This document shows, in pieces, positions 33,367 to 44,095 of a DNA stretch of 64,000 bases. The DNA comes from an uncultured Alphaproteobacteria bacterium (GTDB lineage: Bacteria > Pseudomonadota > Alphaproteobacteria > Sphingomonadales > Sphingomonadaceae). The notes under the pieces were generated by a model, which saw only the letters and a program-made list of their open reading frames with translations, was not told where the DNA came from and did no database searches. The position numbers and the translations under genes were made by a program. Each line of letters starts with the position of its first letter. The first letter of the stretch is position 1. Location of the stretch: the NCBI GenBank assembly GCA_963783535.1, contig CAWANX010000001.1, positions 48,283 through 112,282 of the forward strand. Reading direction: 5' to 3'.

Positions 33367-34741
33367 ATGAGCATTGATTTCGTCCGGCCGGAAGTCGACG
33401 AACTTCGGCCGAGGATCAGTGTCATCGGGGTCGGCGGCGCTGGTGGCAATGCCATCGCCAACATGATCCGCTCCGACGTCCAGGGCGTTCAGTTCCTGGT
33501 CGCCAACACCGACGCGCAGGCCCTCAACGCCTCCGAAGCCGATGCTCGAATCCAGCTTGGCCTCAAGATCACCCAAGGCCTCGGAGCGGGTTCGCGGCCG
33601 GAGATCGGCCGGGCCGCAGCCGAAGAGACGCTGGATGAGATCGAGCGTGCGCTCGACGGCGCACATATGTGCTTCATCGCCGCCGGTATGGGTGGCGGCA
33701 CCGGCACCGGCGCTGCCCCGGTCATCGCCAAGGCCGCGCGCGACAAGGGCATCCTCACGGTCGGAGTCGTCACCAAGCCGTTTGCTTTCGAAGGGTCGCG
33801 CCGCACCCGCGCGGCGGATTCGGGCATCGAAGAGCTGCAGAAGCATGTCGACACGCTGATCGTCATTCCCAACCAGAACCTGTTCCGCCTCGCCACTTCG
33901 GAAACGACCTTCAAAGAAGCGTTCGAAATGGCCGATGAGGTGCTTCAGCAGGGCGTGCGCGGGATCACCGACCTGATGGTCATGCCGGGCCTGATCAACC
34001 TCGACTTCGCCGACGTCCGCTCGGTGATGGGGGAGATGGGCAAGGCGATGATGGGCACCGGCGAGGCGTCGGGCGACAATCGCGCGATCGAGGCGGCAGA
34101 AAAGGCGATTTCCAACCCCCTGCTCGACGGCGTCTCGATGAAGGGCGCCAAGGGGGTGATCATCTCGATCACCGGCGGCGAGGACATGCGCCTGATGGAA
34201 GTCGACGAAGCCGCCAGCCACATCAAGGAGCTGGTCGACCCCGACGCCAACATCATCTGGGGATCGGCCTTCAATAACGACCTTGGCGGCAAGATCCGAG
34301 TGTCGGTTGTCGCCACTGGCATCGAGGCCGAGGCGGCGATGCAACCGACCCAGGGCAAGGTCTTCACTTTCCCGACTGCAAGCCGCAATGCTGCGGCTCC
34401 GCCCCCCACTTCTGAGCCGAAGGCCGAGATCGAAGAAGAACCGCTCGACTTGACCTCGGACGATGAGGCGACCGACGAGTTGCTGCTCGACAGCGAGGAC
34501 ATCCTCGCCGACCCGGTTCTTGGAACGCCGATCGCGCCGCCGGCCGACGAAGACGGATCTGGCTGCGACCGCAACGGCCGACGAGGACAAGCCGGCCCGC
34601 GAGAGCGGAACCTTGTTCGAGCGCATGTCGAACATCGCCCGCGGCGCACAGCAGGCAAAGGTGGAGGAAGAGCCGATGCCGAGCTTCCGTCGCGAGCCGC
34701 TCGACATCCCCCGCTTCCTAAATCGCCAGAATAATCAGTAA
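33367..34741 (+). CDS. ftsZ: Cell division protein FtsZ (frameshift near 34555)
   Basis: [23 protein letters not shown]; conserved tail [13 protein letters not shown] in ORF 34463..34741. Confidence 0.97.
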
Positions 34742-34846
34742 CCTGAATTCAAGTGGCGCCCGGCTCGTCGCCGGGCCGCCACGGCCCGTCGCGCCGCACC
34801 TTCCCTTGAAAGCTTTGAGCAAGCTTCGGTCGCGCATGAGAAGAAC

Positions 34847-36449
34847 ATGCTGAAACTGGGATCGATATGCGCACCCTGGGCCGCGGTGCTGGCCTTGGGG
34901 ATGACGGTCACTGCCGCGCCTGCGGTGGCACAATATGCCGCCGAATCGCCGGGCACGGCGCTGTCGCGCTATATCCGCGTGCTGGCGAGCAATCCGCGTG
35001 ACTTCAACGCACTGATCGGCGCCGGACGCGCGGCGTTGGAGCTGGGCGACGTCCAGGCCGCATCAGGCTTTTTCGGCCGCGCCGAAGAAGCCAATCCCAA
35101 TGCTCCCGCGGCCAAGGCCGGGCTGGGCGCGGCGATGGCGCATATGGGCGATGCCGATGGCGCAATCTTCTATTTCAACCAGGCTAGCAGGCTCGGCGCG
35201 CAGCCAATGACGATGGCCGTCGACCGGGGGATGGCTCGCGACCTGCTCGGAGATCTCAGCGGAGCGCAGGCCGATTACCGTCTGGCGATTGCTTCGCTCG
35301 GCTCGGACGAGGCAAGGCGGCGGCTGGCGTTGAGCCTGGCGATCGGTCGCAACAAGCAGGCGGCGCTCGACACGATCCAGCCTCTGCTCAACCGCCGCGA
35401 TCCCGGCGCACAACGCATCCGCGCTTTCGTGCTGGCGCTGGTCGGCGACCAGATCGGCGCGGCTCAGGCGATCAATTCGGTGATGCCGGGCAACGCCGCC
35501 CGGTTCGCTCCATTTTTTCGCTATTTGCCAAGCCTCAGCGTGACCGAAAAGGCCGCGGCAGTGCACCTTGGCATCTTCCCCGATAACGTGTCTGCCCGGG
35601 TGGCTCAGGCCCAGCCCGTGCCGCAGCCGTCGCCGGTGATCGCATCCCCGGCTCAACCGCCGGTCAGGATCGCCTCCGTGCAGCCGCCGCCAAGCCCCCC
35701 AGCGACGGCCAACCCGTCCTTCTCGCTTCCATCCGCCAAGACCGGCCCGGTATCACCGTCTTTTAGTCTGCCGTCGACGACCAGCGCCGCGTCGACGGCA
35801 TCAATTGAGGCGCCAGTCGAGGCCGAGCCTGAGCCACTCGAGCCCGCACCTGCGCTCGCCGCGATTGAGGAGCCGTCATCGGAGCCCTCGGGCGAGCTGC
35901 TCGATCCCGCCCCGGCGTTGGCCGAGACGGAGGAAGTCGCCGCCGAGAGCAACCTGACGGGCATCGACAAACTGCTGGCGACGATCGCCGAGGCGCCTCC
36001 GCCGCCGCAACCCAAGCTCGAGCTCGAAAAGCCCGCCCACAAGTCCGCCGACGCGCAAGGCGGCCAAAGCCGCAAAGGCCGCCGCCGACAAGAAGGCGGC
36101 GGAGAAAAAGGCCCGCGAGGAAAAGCTGGCGGCCGAGAAGAAGGCCAGGGAGGAAGCCGCCAGGCTCGGCGTCAAGGGCACCTATTGGGTGCAGCTGGCC
36201 GGTGGGTCCAACCAGGACCGGATGTCGACCGAATATAGGAAGCTCTCCGCCAAGGCCGGCAAACTGCTCAAGTCCCGCTCCGGCTTTGTGACCGAGGGCA
36301 AGGATTATTTCCGTCTGCTGGTCGGTCCGTTCGACAGCAAGCCGGACAGCCAGGAATTCGTCAACAAGCTTGCCAAGGAAGGCGTCGACGGCTTTAGCTG
36401 GACCCGCACCCCGCTTAGGATCCGAATAGAGAAACTGACTGGTTCATGA
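34847..36449 (+). CDS. Secreted TPR + Pro-rich linker + SPOR domain protein (frameshift near 36050)
   Basis: Signal peptide, TPR helices, C-terminal YWVQLAGG...RLLVGPFDS SPOR motif. Confidence 0.85.
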
Positions 36450-37606
36450 CTCTCGCCCCGGCCCTTGCCGCGCATCCGTCACAATCGCGCGGCCGGGCCT
36501 TCGTCGAGGAGGATCGCGGTCCCCGCGGGCCTCGTGACGTCTTCCAGCGCGACCGCGACCGGATCGTCCATTCCGTCGCCTTTCGCCGCCTCCGCCACAA
36601 GACGCAGGTGTTTGTCGCGCCTGACGGCGACCATTTCCGGGTCCGCCTGACCCATTCGATCGAAGTAGCGCAGATCGGGCGGACCATGGCCCGCGCGCTG
36701 GGCTTGAACGAAGACCTGACCGAGGCGCTTTGCCTGGCACATGACCTGGGCCATCCGCCATTCGGCCATGGCGGCGAGGATGCGCTGCGCCAGAACATGA
36801 GCGAGGCCGGCGGGTTCGACCATAATGCCCATACATTGCGGATCCTGACCTGCCTCGAAAATCCCTATCCCGGTTTCGACGGGCTGAACCTGAGTTGGGA
36901 AACGCTGGAGGGGCTGGCCAAGCATAATGGACCGGTTTCGGCGCCGAGTTGGGCCCTGGCCGAGGCCGATAGCGGGTTCGAGCTGGAACTGGACAGCTGG
37001 CCGAGCCTGGAAGCGCAGGTCGCGGCGATCGCCGACGACATCGCTTATGACAATCACGACATCGATGATGGTCTGCGATCGGGGATTCTCGACCTGGACG
37101 AGTTGATCGAGCTGCCGTTCGTCGCGCGCCTGTGGACCGACATCGAGCGCCGCCATCCAGGGCTGGAGCGGTCGCGCAAGTTGAAGGCGCTGGTTCGCGA
37201 CGGCATCGGCACGATGGTTGGCGACGTGCTTGACGAGACTCGGCGACGGATCGCGGAGAGCGGAGTGGAGACGATCGAAGAGGTGCGGGCCGCGAAGAGG
37301 CCGTTGGCCGGCTTTTCGGACGCTATGCGCGCGGAGGAACGCGAGCTTAAGCGCCACCTCTACGCCCGGCTCTACGATAGCCAGTTACTGAAGCCGATAA
37401 GAATAGAGGCACAGCGGATCGTCGGTGACCTCGCGGGCTTCTACCGGGACCATTCCGAGCATTTGCCGCCGGGCTGGCAACGAGGGGAGGAGCAGACGGC
37501 TCGGCTGCGCGGCATTGGCGACTATATCGCCGGAATGACCGACCGCTTCGCAATTGCCAGGCATGAGGAATTGATCGGGCCGGTCAACCTGCCCGACCGG
37601 TTTTAA
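36446..37606 (+). CDS. dgt: dGTP triphosphohydrolase
   Basis: FQRDRDRI, KTQVF, RLTHS, HDLGHPPFGH, DYIAGMTD. Confidence 0.95.
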   Translation: MTLAPALAAHPSQSRGRAFVEEDRGPRGPRDVFQRDRDRIVHSVAFRRLRHKTQVFVAPDGDHFRVRLTHSIEVAQIGRTMARALGLNEDLTEALCLAHDLGHPPFGHGGEDALRQNMSEAGGFDHNAHTLRILTCLENPYPGFDGLNLSWETLEGLAKHNGPVSAPSWALAEADSGFELELDSWPSLEAQVAAIADDIAYDNHDIDDGLRSGILDLDELIELPFVARLWTDIERRHPGLERSRKLKALVRDGIGTMVGDVLDETRRRIAESGVETIEEVRAAKRPLAGFSDAMRAEERELKRHLYARLYDSQLLKPIRIEAQRIVGDLAGFYRDHSEHLPPGWQRGEEQTARLRGIGDYIAGMTDRFAIARHEELIGPVNLPDRF

Positions 37607-37812
37607 GCGGGCGTCAGCCCCGCCTTGATTTCGGCCTTGCGCTGCTCTTCGGCGGTGCGCATCCGGTCGGCCTTGAGCGCCCGCGAGGCGAGCACGTCCC
37701 ATGCGGCCGCGGCACGCAAATGATTTTCGCGGACGTTGACCAACGCGGCCTTACCGGCCGCTGCGCGCTCATGCTCGGCGCGGGCGACGTAGAAATCCGA
37801 CTGGTTCGACAT
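37603..37812 (-). CDS. Small hypothetical protein
   Basis: FYxxRAxxERxAA..LxNVR..HLRAAAAW helical pattern; AGGA RBS. Confidence 0.7.
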   Translation of the reverse strand: MSNQSDFYVARAEHERAAAGKAALVNVRENHLRAAAAWDVLASRALKADRMRTAEEQRKAEIKAGLTPA

Positions 37813-37904
37813 TTGGGTCCTGACTTTCGGAAGATGGAGACCCGGTCCGCCGCTTTTGACGAGACCGGGCCACCTCTACCGCTGTTGAGGCGGTTCAAGC
37901 GCGC

Positions 37905-38111
37905 TTAGAGCGCCTTGATATTGGTCGCGCTTTCGCGGCCGCGCTTGTCCGGAGCAAGCTCATATTCGACGCGCTGGTCGTTGTTGAGCGTGCGCAGGCC
38001 GGCCTGCTCGACGGCGCTGATGTGAACGAAGGCATCCTGGCCACCGCCGTCCGGCGTGATGAAGCCGAAGCCCTTCATTTCATTGAAAAATTTGACAGTT
38101 CCTTGTGGCAT
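37905..38111 (-). CDS. Cold-shock protein (CspA family)
   Basis: GTVKFFN..KGFGFI, AFVHISA. Confidence 0.95.
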   Translation of the reverse strand: MPQGTVKFFNEMKGFGFITPDGGGQDAFVHISAVEQAGLRTLNNDQRVEYELAPDKRGRESATNIKAL

Positions 38112-38322
38112 TATCGGGTCCTTCCCGTGGAGCGGATCGCCAATCGATCCGCTTAGCTAGAAGCGGCGAGAGGAAGGATGGACGGCGAGCCGCCCCATGA
38201 ATCCGTGCAACTGGTAGCGGGGCTTCTATGGCCGCAAATCCGCAGGAATGCAAACATGCTGTGTTTTCAATGGTTTAGACTGACTTGATGCAACGCTTTT
38301 GATCGATTCGAACGGGCGCTGC

Positions 38323-38568
38323 TCAGCCTTCGCCCTGCCAGCCTTCGATCGGCGAGCGTTCGCGGCCGTTGGCGATGCGGCGCACGGGGTCTTTGATCAG
38401 ACTGGTCTTCAATCGCTTGCGAATCGTCGCGGCACCGTCTGAGCTCATGCAGACCAGCCTCACGCCGCCATCAGGCAAATTTTCCAGGGCCGACACGCCG
38501 ATTTGCCGGGTGGTGCAGTGGTGGCGGGCTTCGTCGGCGCTCATCGAGAGATTGACGACCCGGCTCAT
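38323..38568 (-). CDS. Small hypothetical protein
   Basis: MSRVVNL...HC..IGVSALExLPxGGVRLVC; normal coding composition. Confidence 0.65.
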   Translation of the reverse strand: MSRVVNLSMSADEARHHCTTRQIGVSALENLPDGGVRLVCMSSDGAATIRKRLKTSLIKDPVRRIANGRERSPIEGWQGEG

Positions 38569-38786
38569 GAAGCATGTTCGCTTCGAAGAGCAACGCAGCA
38601 ATTGTAATCCATGGCAAATCGTTCCTGCATGTAAGCGGGGGCTCGGGAAGTCCCTCAGTCACAGGATGCCTACGGACGCAAAGTCGAGTGATACGGCCTG
38701 ATAGCAGCTACAGGCTGGAAAGTCACATCGGAAGGCGGCGTTGCCGACTCTGGATCAGGGCCCCGCTCCGTTTGCGTCGGTAACCC

Positions 38787-39047
38787 CTAATAGCCGGTTG
38801 CGTTATTCGTCGTGGCATTGTCGGCGGCATCATCCGGGGCATTGCCGGCGCCATTCTCCATCGCATTGCCGGTTTCGTTGTAATCGACCGCATTGATGTC
38901 GTTATAGTCGGTCGTATTGTCGGCGTAGTTGGTTTCCTCGGCGTTATAGGTGGCGTTGGCCTCGTTATATTCGTCCTTGTCATAACCGCACGCGGCCAGA
39001 CTGAGCACGGCAGTCGCGCACGCCGTCGTCAGGATGAGCCTAGGCAT
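38787..39047 (-). CDS. Small Asn/Asp/Tyr-rich low-complexity lipoprotein
   Basis: AGGAGA RBS, lipobox SLAAC, YN-repeat tail. Confidence 0.75.
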   Translation of the reverse strand: MPRLILTTACATAVLSLAACGYDKDEYNEANATYNAEETNYADNTTDYNDINAVDYNETGNAMENGAGNAPDDAADNATTNNATGY

Positions 39048-39074
39048 CGCTTTCTCTCCTCATAACCGGCTTCA

Positions 39075-39099
39075 AACGAACGCTGGGCAGGGGCGTTCC
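39075..39099 (-). promoter_or_regulatory. EcfG (general stress sigma) promoter
   Basis: GGAAC-N16-CGTT on the minus strand, upstream of 39047. Confidence 0.7.
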
Positions 39100-39167
39100 G
39101 GCTCATGGGACTCCACAAGCGAGTTAATTTTGGGTTATACGGAGTTTACCAGCACGGGGGGCAGCAG

Positions 39168-39686
39168 ATGTTGCGAGCGGCGGGAGCGTTGATTTTATTG
39201 GCATGGGGATCGACCGCGGTTGCGGCCGAGACCGACTTCGGTGTTCGTGAACTCGGGAAAAAAGTGCTCAGTTCGGAACCGGCGACGGCGGGGACATGGA
39301 ACATGAGTTCGAACGGACGCGCGGTCGAGATGGGTGACGTCAAGCAGATCGGCGCCCGTTGGGGCCAGGTGACAAGCACCTATCGCAGCCCAGCGCATAA
39401 TCGCCGCGTGGGCGGTGTCGCCAACAGCTACCACCTCAGTAACCGGGCGATCGATATTGCGCGCCGGCCCGGCGTCAGCCACGCACAGATCGCGACTGCA
39501 TTTCGTAACGCTGGCTATTCCCTGGCGGAATCCCTGGACGAGGGCGACCACAGTCATTTCGCCTTCGGTTCGCCCAAGAGACAATCTGGGCCTCGGCCGC
39601 AAATGGTCTCCGTAAAGTCGGGCGAAAAGACCGAGTGGCGGATCGTCTACGCGCCGCCGTCGTCATCCTCCTCAGGCGGGAACTGA
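39168..39686 (+). CDS. Peptidase M15 (D-Ala-D-Ala carboxypeptidase-like) secreted protein
   Basis: VTSTYRSPAHNRRVGG..SYHL..AIDI, DHSH zinc motifs; signal peptide. Confidence 0.85.
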   Translation: MLRAAGALILLAWGSTAVAAETDFGVRELGKKVLSSEPATAGTWNMSSNGRAVEMGDVKQIGARWGQVTSTYRSPAHNRRVGGVANSYHLSNRAIDIARRPGVSHAQIATAFRNAGYSLAESLDEGDHSHFAFGSPKRQSGPRPQMVSVKSGEKTEWRIVYAPPSSSSSGGN

Positions 39687-39772
39687 GATCAGCTTTTCAG
39701 CGGCTGCAAATTTGGCGAAGCGGGCATGAACCGCTAGAGGCGCGCCGGAATCCTTTTGTTCGGTGATCCAAA

Positions 39773-41506
39773 TTGTCCCTCTACGCCCGCTATTCCGCAC
39801 TGCTTGACGGCATCCTCGACGAACTCGTTGCCGAGGGGCGGCTGCCGGCTGATGTCAACCGCAGGCCGGTCGCGGTCGAGCCGCCGCGAGATGCATCGAA
39901 TGGCGATCTCGCCACCAATGCGGCGATGGTGTTGGCCAAGGGCGCCGGTACCAGCCCGCGCGCGCTGGCCGAGCTGATCAAGCCGAAGTTGGAGGCGCTG
40001 CCCAGCGTTACCTCGGTCGAGGTGGCGGGGCCAGGATTCATCAATTTGCGGCTGGGCGAGGAGAGTTGGCGCGCCGAGCTGACCACGATCCTCGGCGAAG
40101 GTGAGCGCTACGGCCTGTCGGACATCGGCAATAACGAGCGAGTGAATGTCGAATATGTCTCGGCCAATCCGACCGGTCCGATGCACATGGGCCATTGCCG
40201 CGGGGCGGTAGTCGGGGACGCGCTTGCCCGGCTGCTCGAGGCGGCGGGATTCCGGGTCACCAAGGAATATTATGTCAACGATGCCGGCGGCCAGGTCGAC
40301 ACGCTCGCCCGCTCGGCGCACCTGCGTTACCGCGAGAAGCTCGGCGAGGATATCGGCGAGATCCCGGAAGGACTCTATCCCGGAGACTATCTTGAGCCGG
40401 TGGGAGCGCTTCTGGCCGCCGAGTTCGGCGACAAGTTCGTTGGCGCGCCCGAGAGCGAATGGCTCGATCTCTTCAAGCGCAAGACGGTTGCGGCGATGCT
40501 CGACCTCATCCGCCACGACCTCGGCCTGCTCGGCATCCGCCACGATCTTTTCGCGTCCGAGGCCGAGCTGCACGCATCGGGCAAGGTCGAGGAGGCGATG
40601 GACAATCTCCGCGCCAAGGGCCTGGTCTATGAGGGCCAGCTGGAGCGGCCGAAGAGCCTTGATCCGCACGACGAGTGGGAGCCGGTGGAGCTGACCCTGT
40701 TCCGATCGACCCAGTTCGGCGACGACCAGGACCGACCGATGAAGAAGTCGGATGGCAGCTGGACTTATTTCGGCGCCGATGCGGCCTATCACCTGCACAA
40801 GGCGCAGGGCGCCGATCATCTGGTCAACATCTGGGGCGCCGACCATGCCGGAACGGTCAAGCGGGTGCAGGCGGCGGTCAAGGCGCTGACCGACGGCCGC
40901 GTCGACCTGGATGTCAAGATCATCCAGATGGTTCGCCTGTTCCGCGCCGGAGAGCCGATCAAGATGAGCAAGCGCTCGGGCAACTTCGTCACGCTGGCCG
41001 ATGTCGTTCGGGAAGTCGGCAAGGACGTCGTGCGCTTCATGATGCTGACCAAGCGGGCCGACACTCCGCTCGACTTCGATTTCGCAAAGGTGGTCGAGGC
41101 GTCGAAGGACAATCCGGTCTTCTACGTCCAATATGCCCATGCGCGGATCAGCTCGCTGCAGCGCAAAGCGGCGGACGCCGGACTAACGCTGGAAAGCCAA
41201 GCGGACCTGTCCTTGCTCGATGGTGAAGAATTGGCACTGGTCCAGATCGCCGCCCAATATCCGCGCACCGTCGAAGCGGCGGCGATGGCGCATGAGCCGC
41301 ATCGTATCGCCTTTTACCTGTACGATCTTGCTGCGGCGCTGCATGCGCTGTGGAACCGCGGCAACGACGACCCGGAACGGCGCTTCCTCCTTGAAAATAA
41401 TCCACAATTATCTCGCGCAAGGCTGGAACTGGCGCGTGGGATCGGGCAGGTTATCCGGAACGGCCTGGGGCTGATGGGAGTGGAGGCCGCCGAGGAGATG
41501 CGCTGA
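39773..41506 (+). CDS. argS: Arginine-tRNA ligase
   Basis: [34 protein letters not shown]. Confidence 0.97.
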   Translation: MSLYARYSALLDGILDELVAEGRLPADVNRRPVAVEPPRDASNGDLATNAAMVLAKGAGTSPRALAELIKPKLEALPSVTSVEVAGPGFINLRLGEESWRAELTTILGEGERYGLSDIGNNERVNVEYVSANPTGPMHMGHCRGAVVGDALARLLEAAGFRVTKEYYVNDAGGQVDTLARSAHLRYREKLGEDIGEIPEGLYPGDYLEPVGALLAAEFGDKFVGAPESEWLDLFKRKTVAAMLDLIRHDLGLLGIRHDLFASEAELHASGKVEEAMDNLRAKGLVYEGQLERPKSLDPHDEWEPVELTLFRSTQFGDDQDRPMKKSDGSWTYFGADAAYHLHKAQGADHLVNIWGADHAGTVKRVQAAVKALTDGRVDLDVKIIQMVRLFRAGEPIKMSKRSGNFVTLADVVREVGKDVVRFMMLTKRADTPLDFDFAKVVEASKDNPVFYVQYAHARISSLQRKAADAGLTLESQADLSLLDGEELALVQIAAQYPRTVEAAAMAHEPHRIAFYLYDLAAALHALWNRGNDDPERRFLLENNPQLSRARLELARGIGQVIRNGLGLMGVEAAEEMR

Positions 41507-42249
41507 TGGCCGATGCGGGGGTGGTGAGGGACGGCAACAGGCTGCCCTGGCTGGAGCCCTATCGCGCTCCGCCGCGAAAGAAATCAAACCGCCGCCCGGG
41601 TGCCGCCGCGGCGATCGGCGCCATCGGCCTGGCCTCGATCGTCACATTGCTGATGCGCGACGCGCCGCTGTTTCCGGAGACCGATGAAGTCCCGCCACAA
41701 GTTAGTGTGGTCCTCCCCGCGCCCGCGGACATGCAGCCGCAAATCGTGCTGCCGCCGCTCGAGCGGCCTGAGCAGATCGCCCCAAGCCCGGTTGCAAAAG
41801 CTGCCGCCAAGCCTCGCAGGACAAGGCTAACGGCCCGACGGCGGATCAAGGCGGTTCCAACAAACGCGGCATATAAGACAGTGGTGAAAGATCAGACGGG
41901 CGATCCGGAAGCTGACATCATCCCTTCAGAAGCGGCCATCGCGATTGCCTCGCTGCCCCCACCGGCGCCGGAGCCGCTAGTCCGGCCAACTGTAAATCCG
42001 CGGGCCAAGGTCGTGAGGGGGAAGACGGTCCAGTTGGGCGTATACACAACGTCCCGCCAGGCCGAACTCGCCTGGCAGAGCACGGTGCGCGACTACACTT
42101 ATCTCACTACGATGCCCAAAAGCATCGAGGCGATCTCGATCCGTTCGAAGCGTTTCTACCGGCTCCAGCTCGGCACGCCTTCGAGGCAGTATGCCCGGGC
42201 GTTGTGCAGCAATCTGAAGACCATCGGCCGCGCCTGCACAGTGGCGTGA
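41506..42249 (+). CDS. SPOR domain protein (paralog 1)
   Basis: N-terminal LPWLE, TM segment, C-terminal VQLGVY...YRLQ...LC..C SPOR. Confidence 0.8.
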   Translation: MADAGVVRDGNRLPWLEPYRAPPRKKSNRRPGAAAAIGAIGLASIVTLLMRDAPLFPETDEVPPQVSVVLPAPADMQPQIVLPPLERPEQIAPSPVAKAAAKPRRTRLTARRRIKAVPTNAAYKTVVKDQTGDPEADIIPSEAAIAIASLPPPAPEPLVRPTVNPRAKVVRGKTVQLGVYTTSRQAELAWQSTVRDYTYLTTMPKSIEAISIRSKRFYRLQLGTPSRQYARALCSNLKTIGRACTVA

Positions 42250-42348
42250 GATCTCTCCCCGGGGAGGGCAAAAAAATGCGACGCGTACCCCCTCCCAACA
42301 TGCGCGCATGCCATTAGAAGGGATATGTCAGGTGGGAGAGGGACGAGC

Positions 42349-43035
42349 ATGAGCGACGCACGAGGCTATGACGATCAGTCATTGCCCTGGCTGGAGGCGG
42401 TCGAGAACGAGGACGGTCCGCGTGCCATTTCCGCCCGCAAGATGCTCGTTGCGTTGCTCCTCGTCCTGCTGGCCGGGGCAATCGTTGCCGGGACCATGTT
42501 CTGGCTCGGCCAGCGCGATCCTACAGTGCTGGGCGCGCCCGAACTGATCCGGGCCGAGCCTGGTCCCTACAAGGTGAAGCCGACCGATCCGGGCGGGCTC
42601 GATGTCGCCGGCGAAAGCGAGACGGCCTATTCGACCAGCGCGGGTGAAGACCCCGACGCCGCGCTCGACGTAGGCAAGCTGCCACCGGAAATGATCCAGC
42701 CGCCGGTTGAACAGGTTGCCCCGGTTCCGCCGCCAAAGAAGGTTCCGCCCAAGGAAACCAGGGAACCCGCTCCCGACGGAGCGGCGGCGCCTGCTGCGCC
42801 ATCGGGCCCGACGGTCCAGCTCGGCGCCTATGCCTCGACGATCAAGGCCGACACGGCATGGAAGCTGCTATCGGGCCGCTTCCCGGAGGTTGCGGCGCTG
42901 AAGAAATTCGTCGTTACCGCGACGGTCGGCGGCAAGTCGATCGTGCGATTGAGGGCGGTCGGATCGTCCGAGCAGATCCGCGCCGCCTGCGCCGCGCTGA
43001 AGGCAGCCGGCGAAAGCTGCCTGGTGGTCAACTGA
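42349..43035 (+). CDS. FtsN-like SPOR domain protein
   Basis: LPWLE, TM segment, LIRAEPGPYKVKPTDPGG motif, VQLGAY SPOR; argS-SPOR-nagZ synteny. Confidence 0.85.
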   Translation: MSDARGYDDQSLPWLEAVENEDGPRAISARKMLVALLLVLLAGAIVAGTMFWLGQRDPTVLGAPELIRAEPGPYKVKPTDPGGLDVAGESETAYSTSAGEDPDAALDVGKLPPEMIQPPVEQVAPVPPPKKVPPKETREPAPDGAAAPAAPSGPTVQLGAYASTIKADTAWKLLSGRFPEVAALKKFVVTATVGGKSIVRLRAVGSSEQIRAACAALKAAGESCLVVN

Positions 43036-44042
43036 TGCAGGCGGCGATTTACGGGCTGCACGGGCCGGCGCTGCTGGCAGAAGAGGTGGGCTTCTTCCGC
43101 GATGCAAGGCCCGCGGGCTACATATTGTTCAAGAGAAATATTGAGACCAGGGAACAGTTGCGACGGCTGACAGACGCCATTCGCGACCTCGAAGGTCATG
43201 ACGAAGTGCCGATCCTGATCGACCAGGAGGGGGGACGCGTGGCGCGAATGCGGCCACCCGAATGGCCCGCGTTCCCGGCCGGCGAGGCGTTCGACAATCT
43301 GTATCAGCTTGCCCCATCCAGCGCGATCGAGGCGGCGCGGGTGAATGCGCGGGCGCTGGGACTGATGCTCCACGAGGCCGGGGTCAATATCGACTGCCTG
43401 CCGATGCTTGACGTCCGCCAGCCGGGAGCGACCGACATCGTCGGCGACCGCGCGCTTGGATCCGAACCGATGCAGGTGGCGGCACTGGGCCGGGCGATCC
43501 TCGACGGGCTGACATCGGCCGGCGTGCTGGGCGTCGTCAAGCACATGCCGGGACATGGCCGAGCGCTGGTCGACAGCCATCACGAGCTGCCGATCGTCGA
43601 CGCGAACGAGGAAGATCTCTCGATCGACCTGGAGCCGTTCGAGCGCCTGCGCGATGCCGCGATGGGTATGACCAGCCATATCCTTTATACGGCTTGGGAT
43701 GCCGAGCGACCCGCGTCGCAATCGCCGTTCATCATCCACGAGATTATTCGCCAGCGGATCGGCTTCGACGGTTTCCTGATGAGCGACGACATCGGCATGG
43801 AGGCGCTTGCGGGCGATCACGGCCAGCGCGCCGCGGCCTGCATCGCCGCAGGCTGTGACGTTGCGCTGCACTGCGACGGCAACATGGAGAATATGCTTTC
43901 GGTCGCCGATGCGATCGGCGGCATCTCCGCCGAAGGCGAAGCGCGCCTTGCCCGCGCCATGGCGATGCGCTTCACCCCCGACGACGAAATGGATTTCGCC
44001 CAGGCGGTAGCCAAGCGCGATGCCTTGCTGGCACTGGTTTAG
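43035..44042 (+). CDS. nagZ: Beta-N-acetylhexosaminidase
   Basis: DQEGGRV, KHMPGHG...DSH, SDD. Confidence 0.95.
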   Translation: MQAAIYGLHGPALLAEEVGFFRDARPAGYILFKRNIETREQLRRLTDAIRDLEGHDEVPILIDQEGGRVARMRPPEWPAFPAGEAFDNLYQLAPSSAIEAARVNARALGLMLHEAGVNIDCLPMLDVRQPGATDIVGDRALGSEPMQVAALGRAILDGLTSAGVLGVVKHMPGHGRALVDSHHELPIVDANEEDLSIDLEPFERLRDAAMGMTSHILYTAWDAERPASQSPFIIHEIIRQRIGFDGFLMSDDIGMEALAGDHGQRAAACIAAGCDVALHCDGNMENMLSVADAIGGISAEGEARLARAMAMRFTPDDEMDFAQAVAKRDALLALV

Positions 44043-44095
44043 CCCCCATATCCGCGTCGCTGCGAGTGCCGCGCAGTCGCGCTAGGAGGCATGCC

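Noticed and set aside
17029-34741. dcw pseudogenisation or programmed frameshifting
   Set aside because: Breaks are scattered over unrelated genes with no common slippery motif, and the proteins are otherwise conserved.
36040-36170. Lys/Ala/Glu-rich quasi-repeat
   Set aside because: Ordinary helical linker of the SPOR protein.
38590-38626. Additional EcfG promoter upstream of 38568
   Set aside because: GGAAC is present but there is no CGTT at 16-17 bp spacing.
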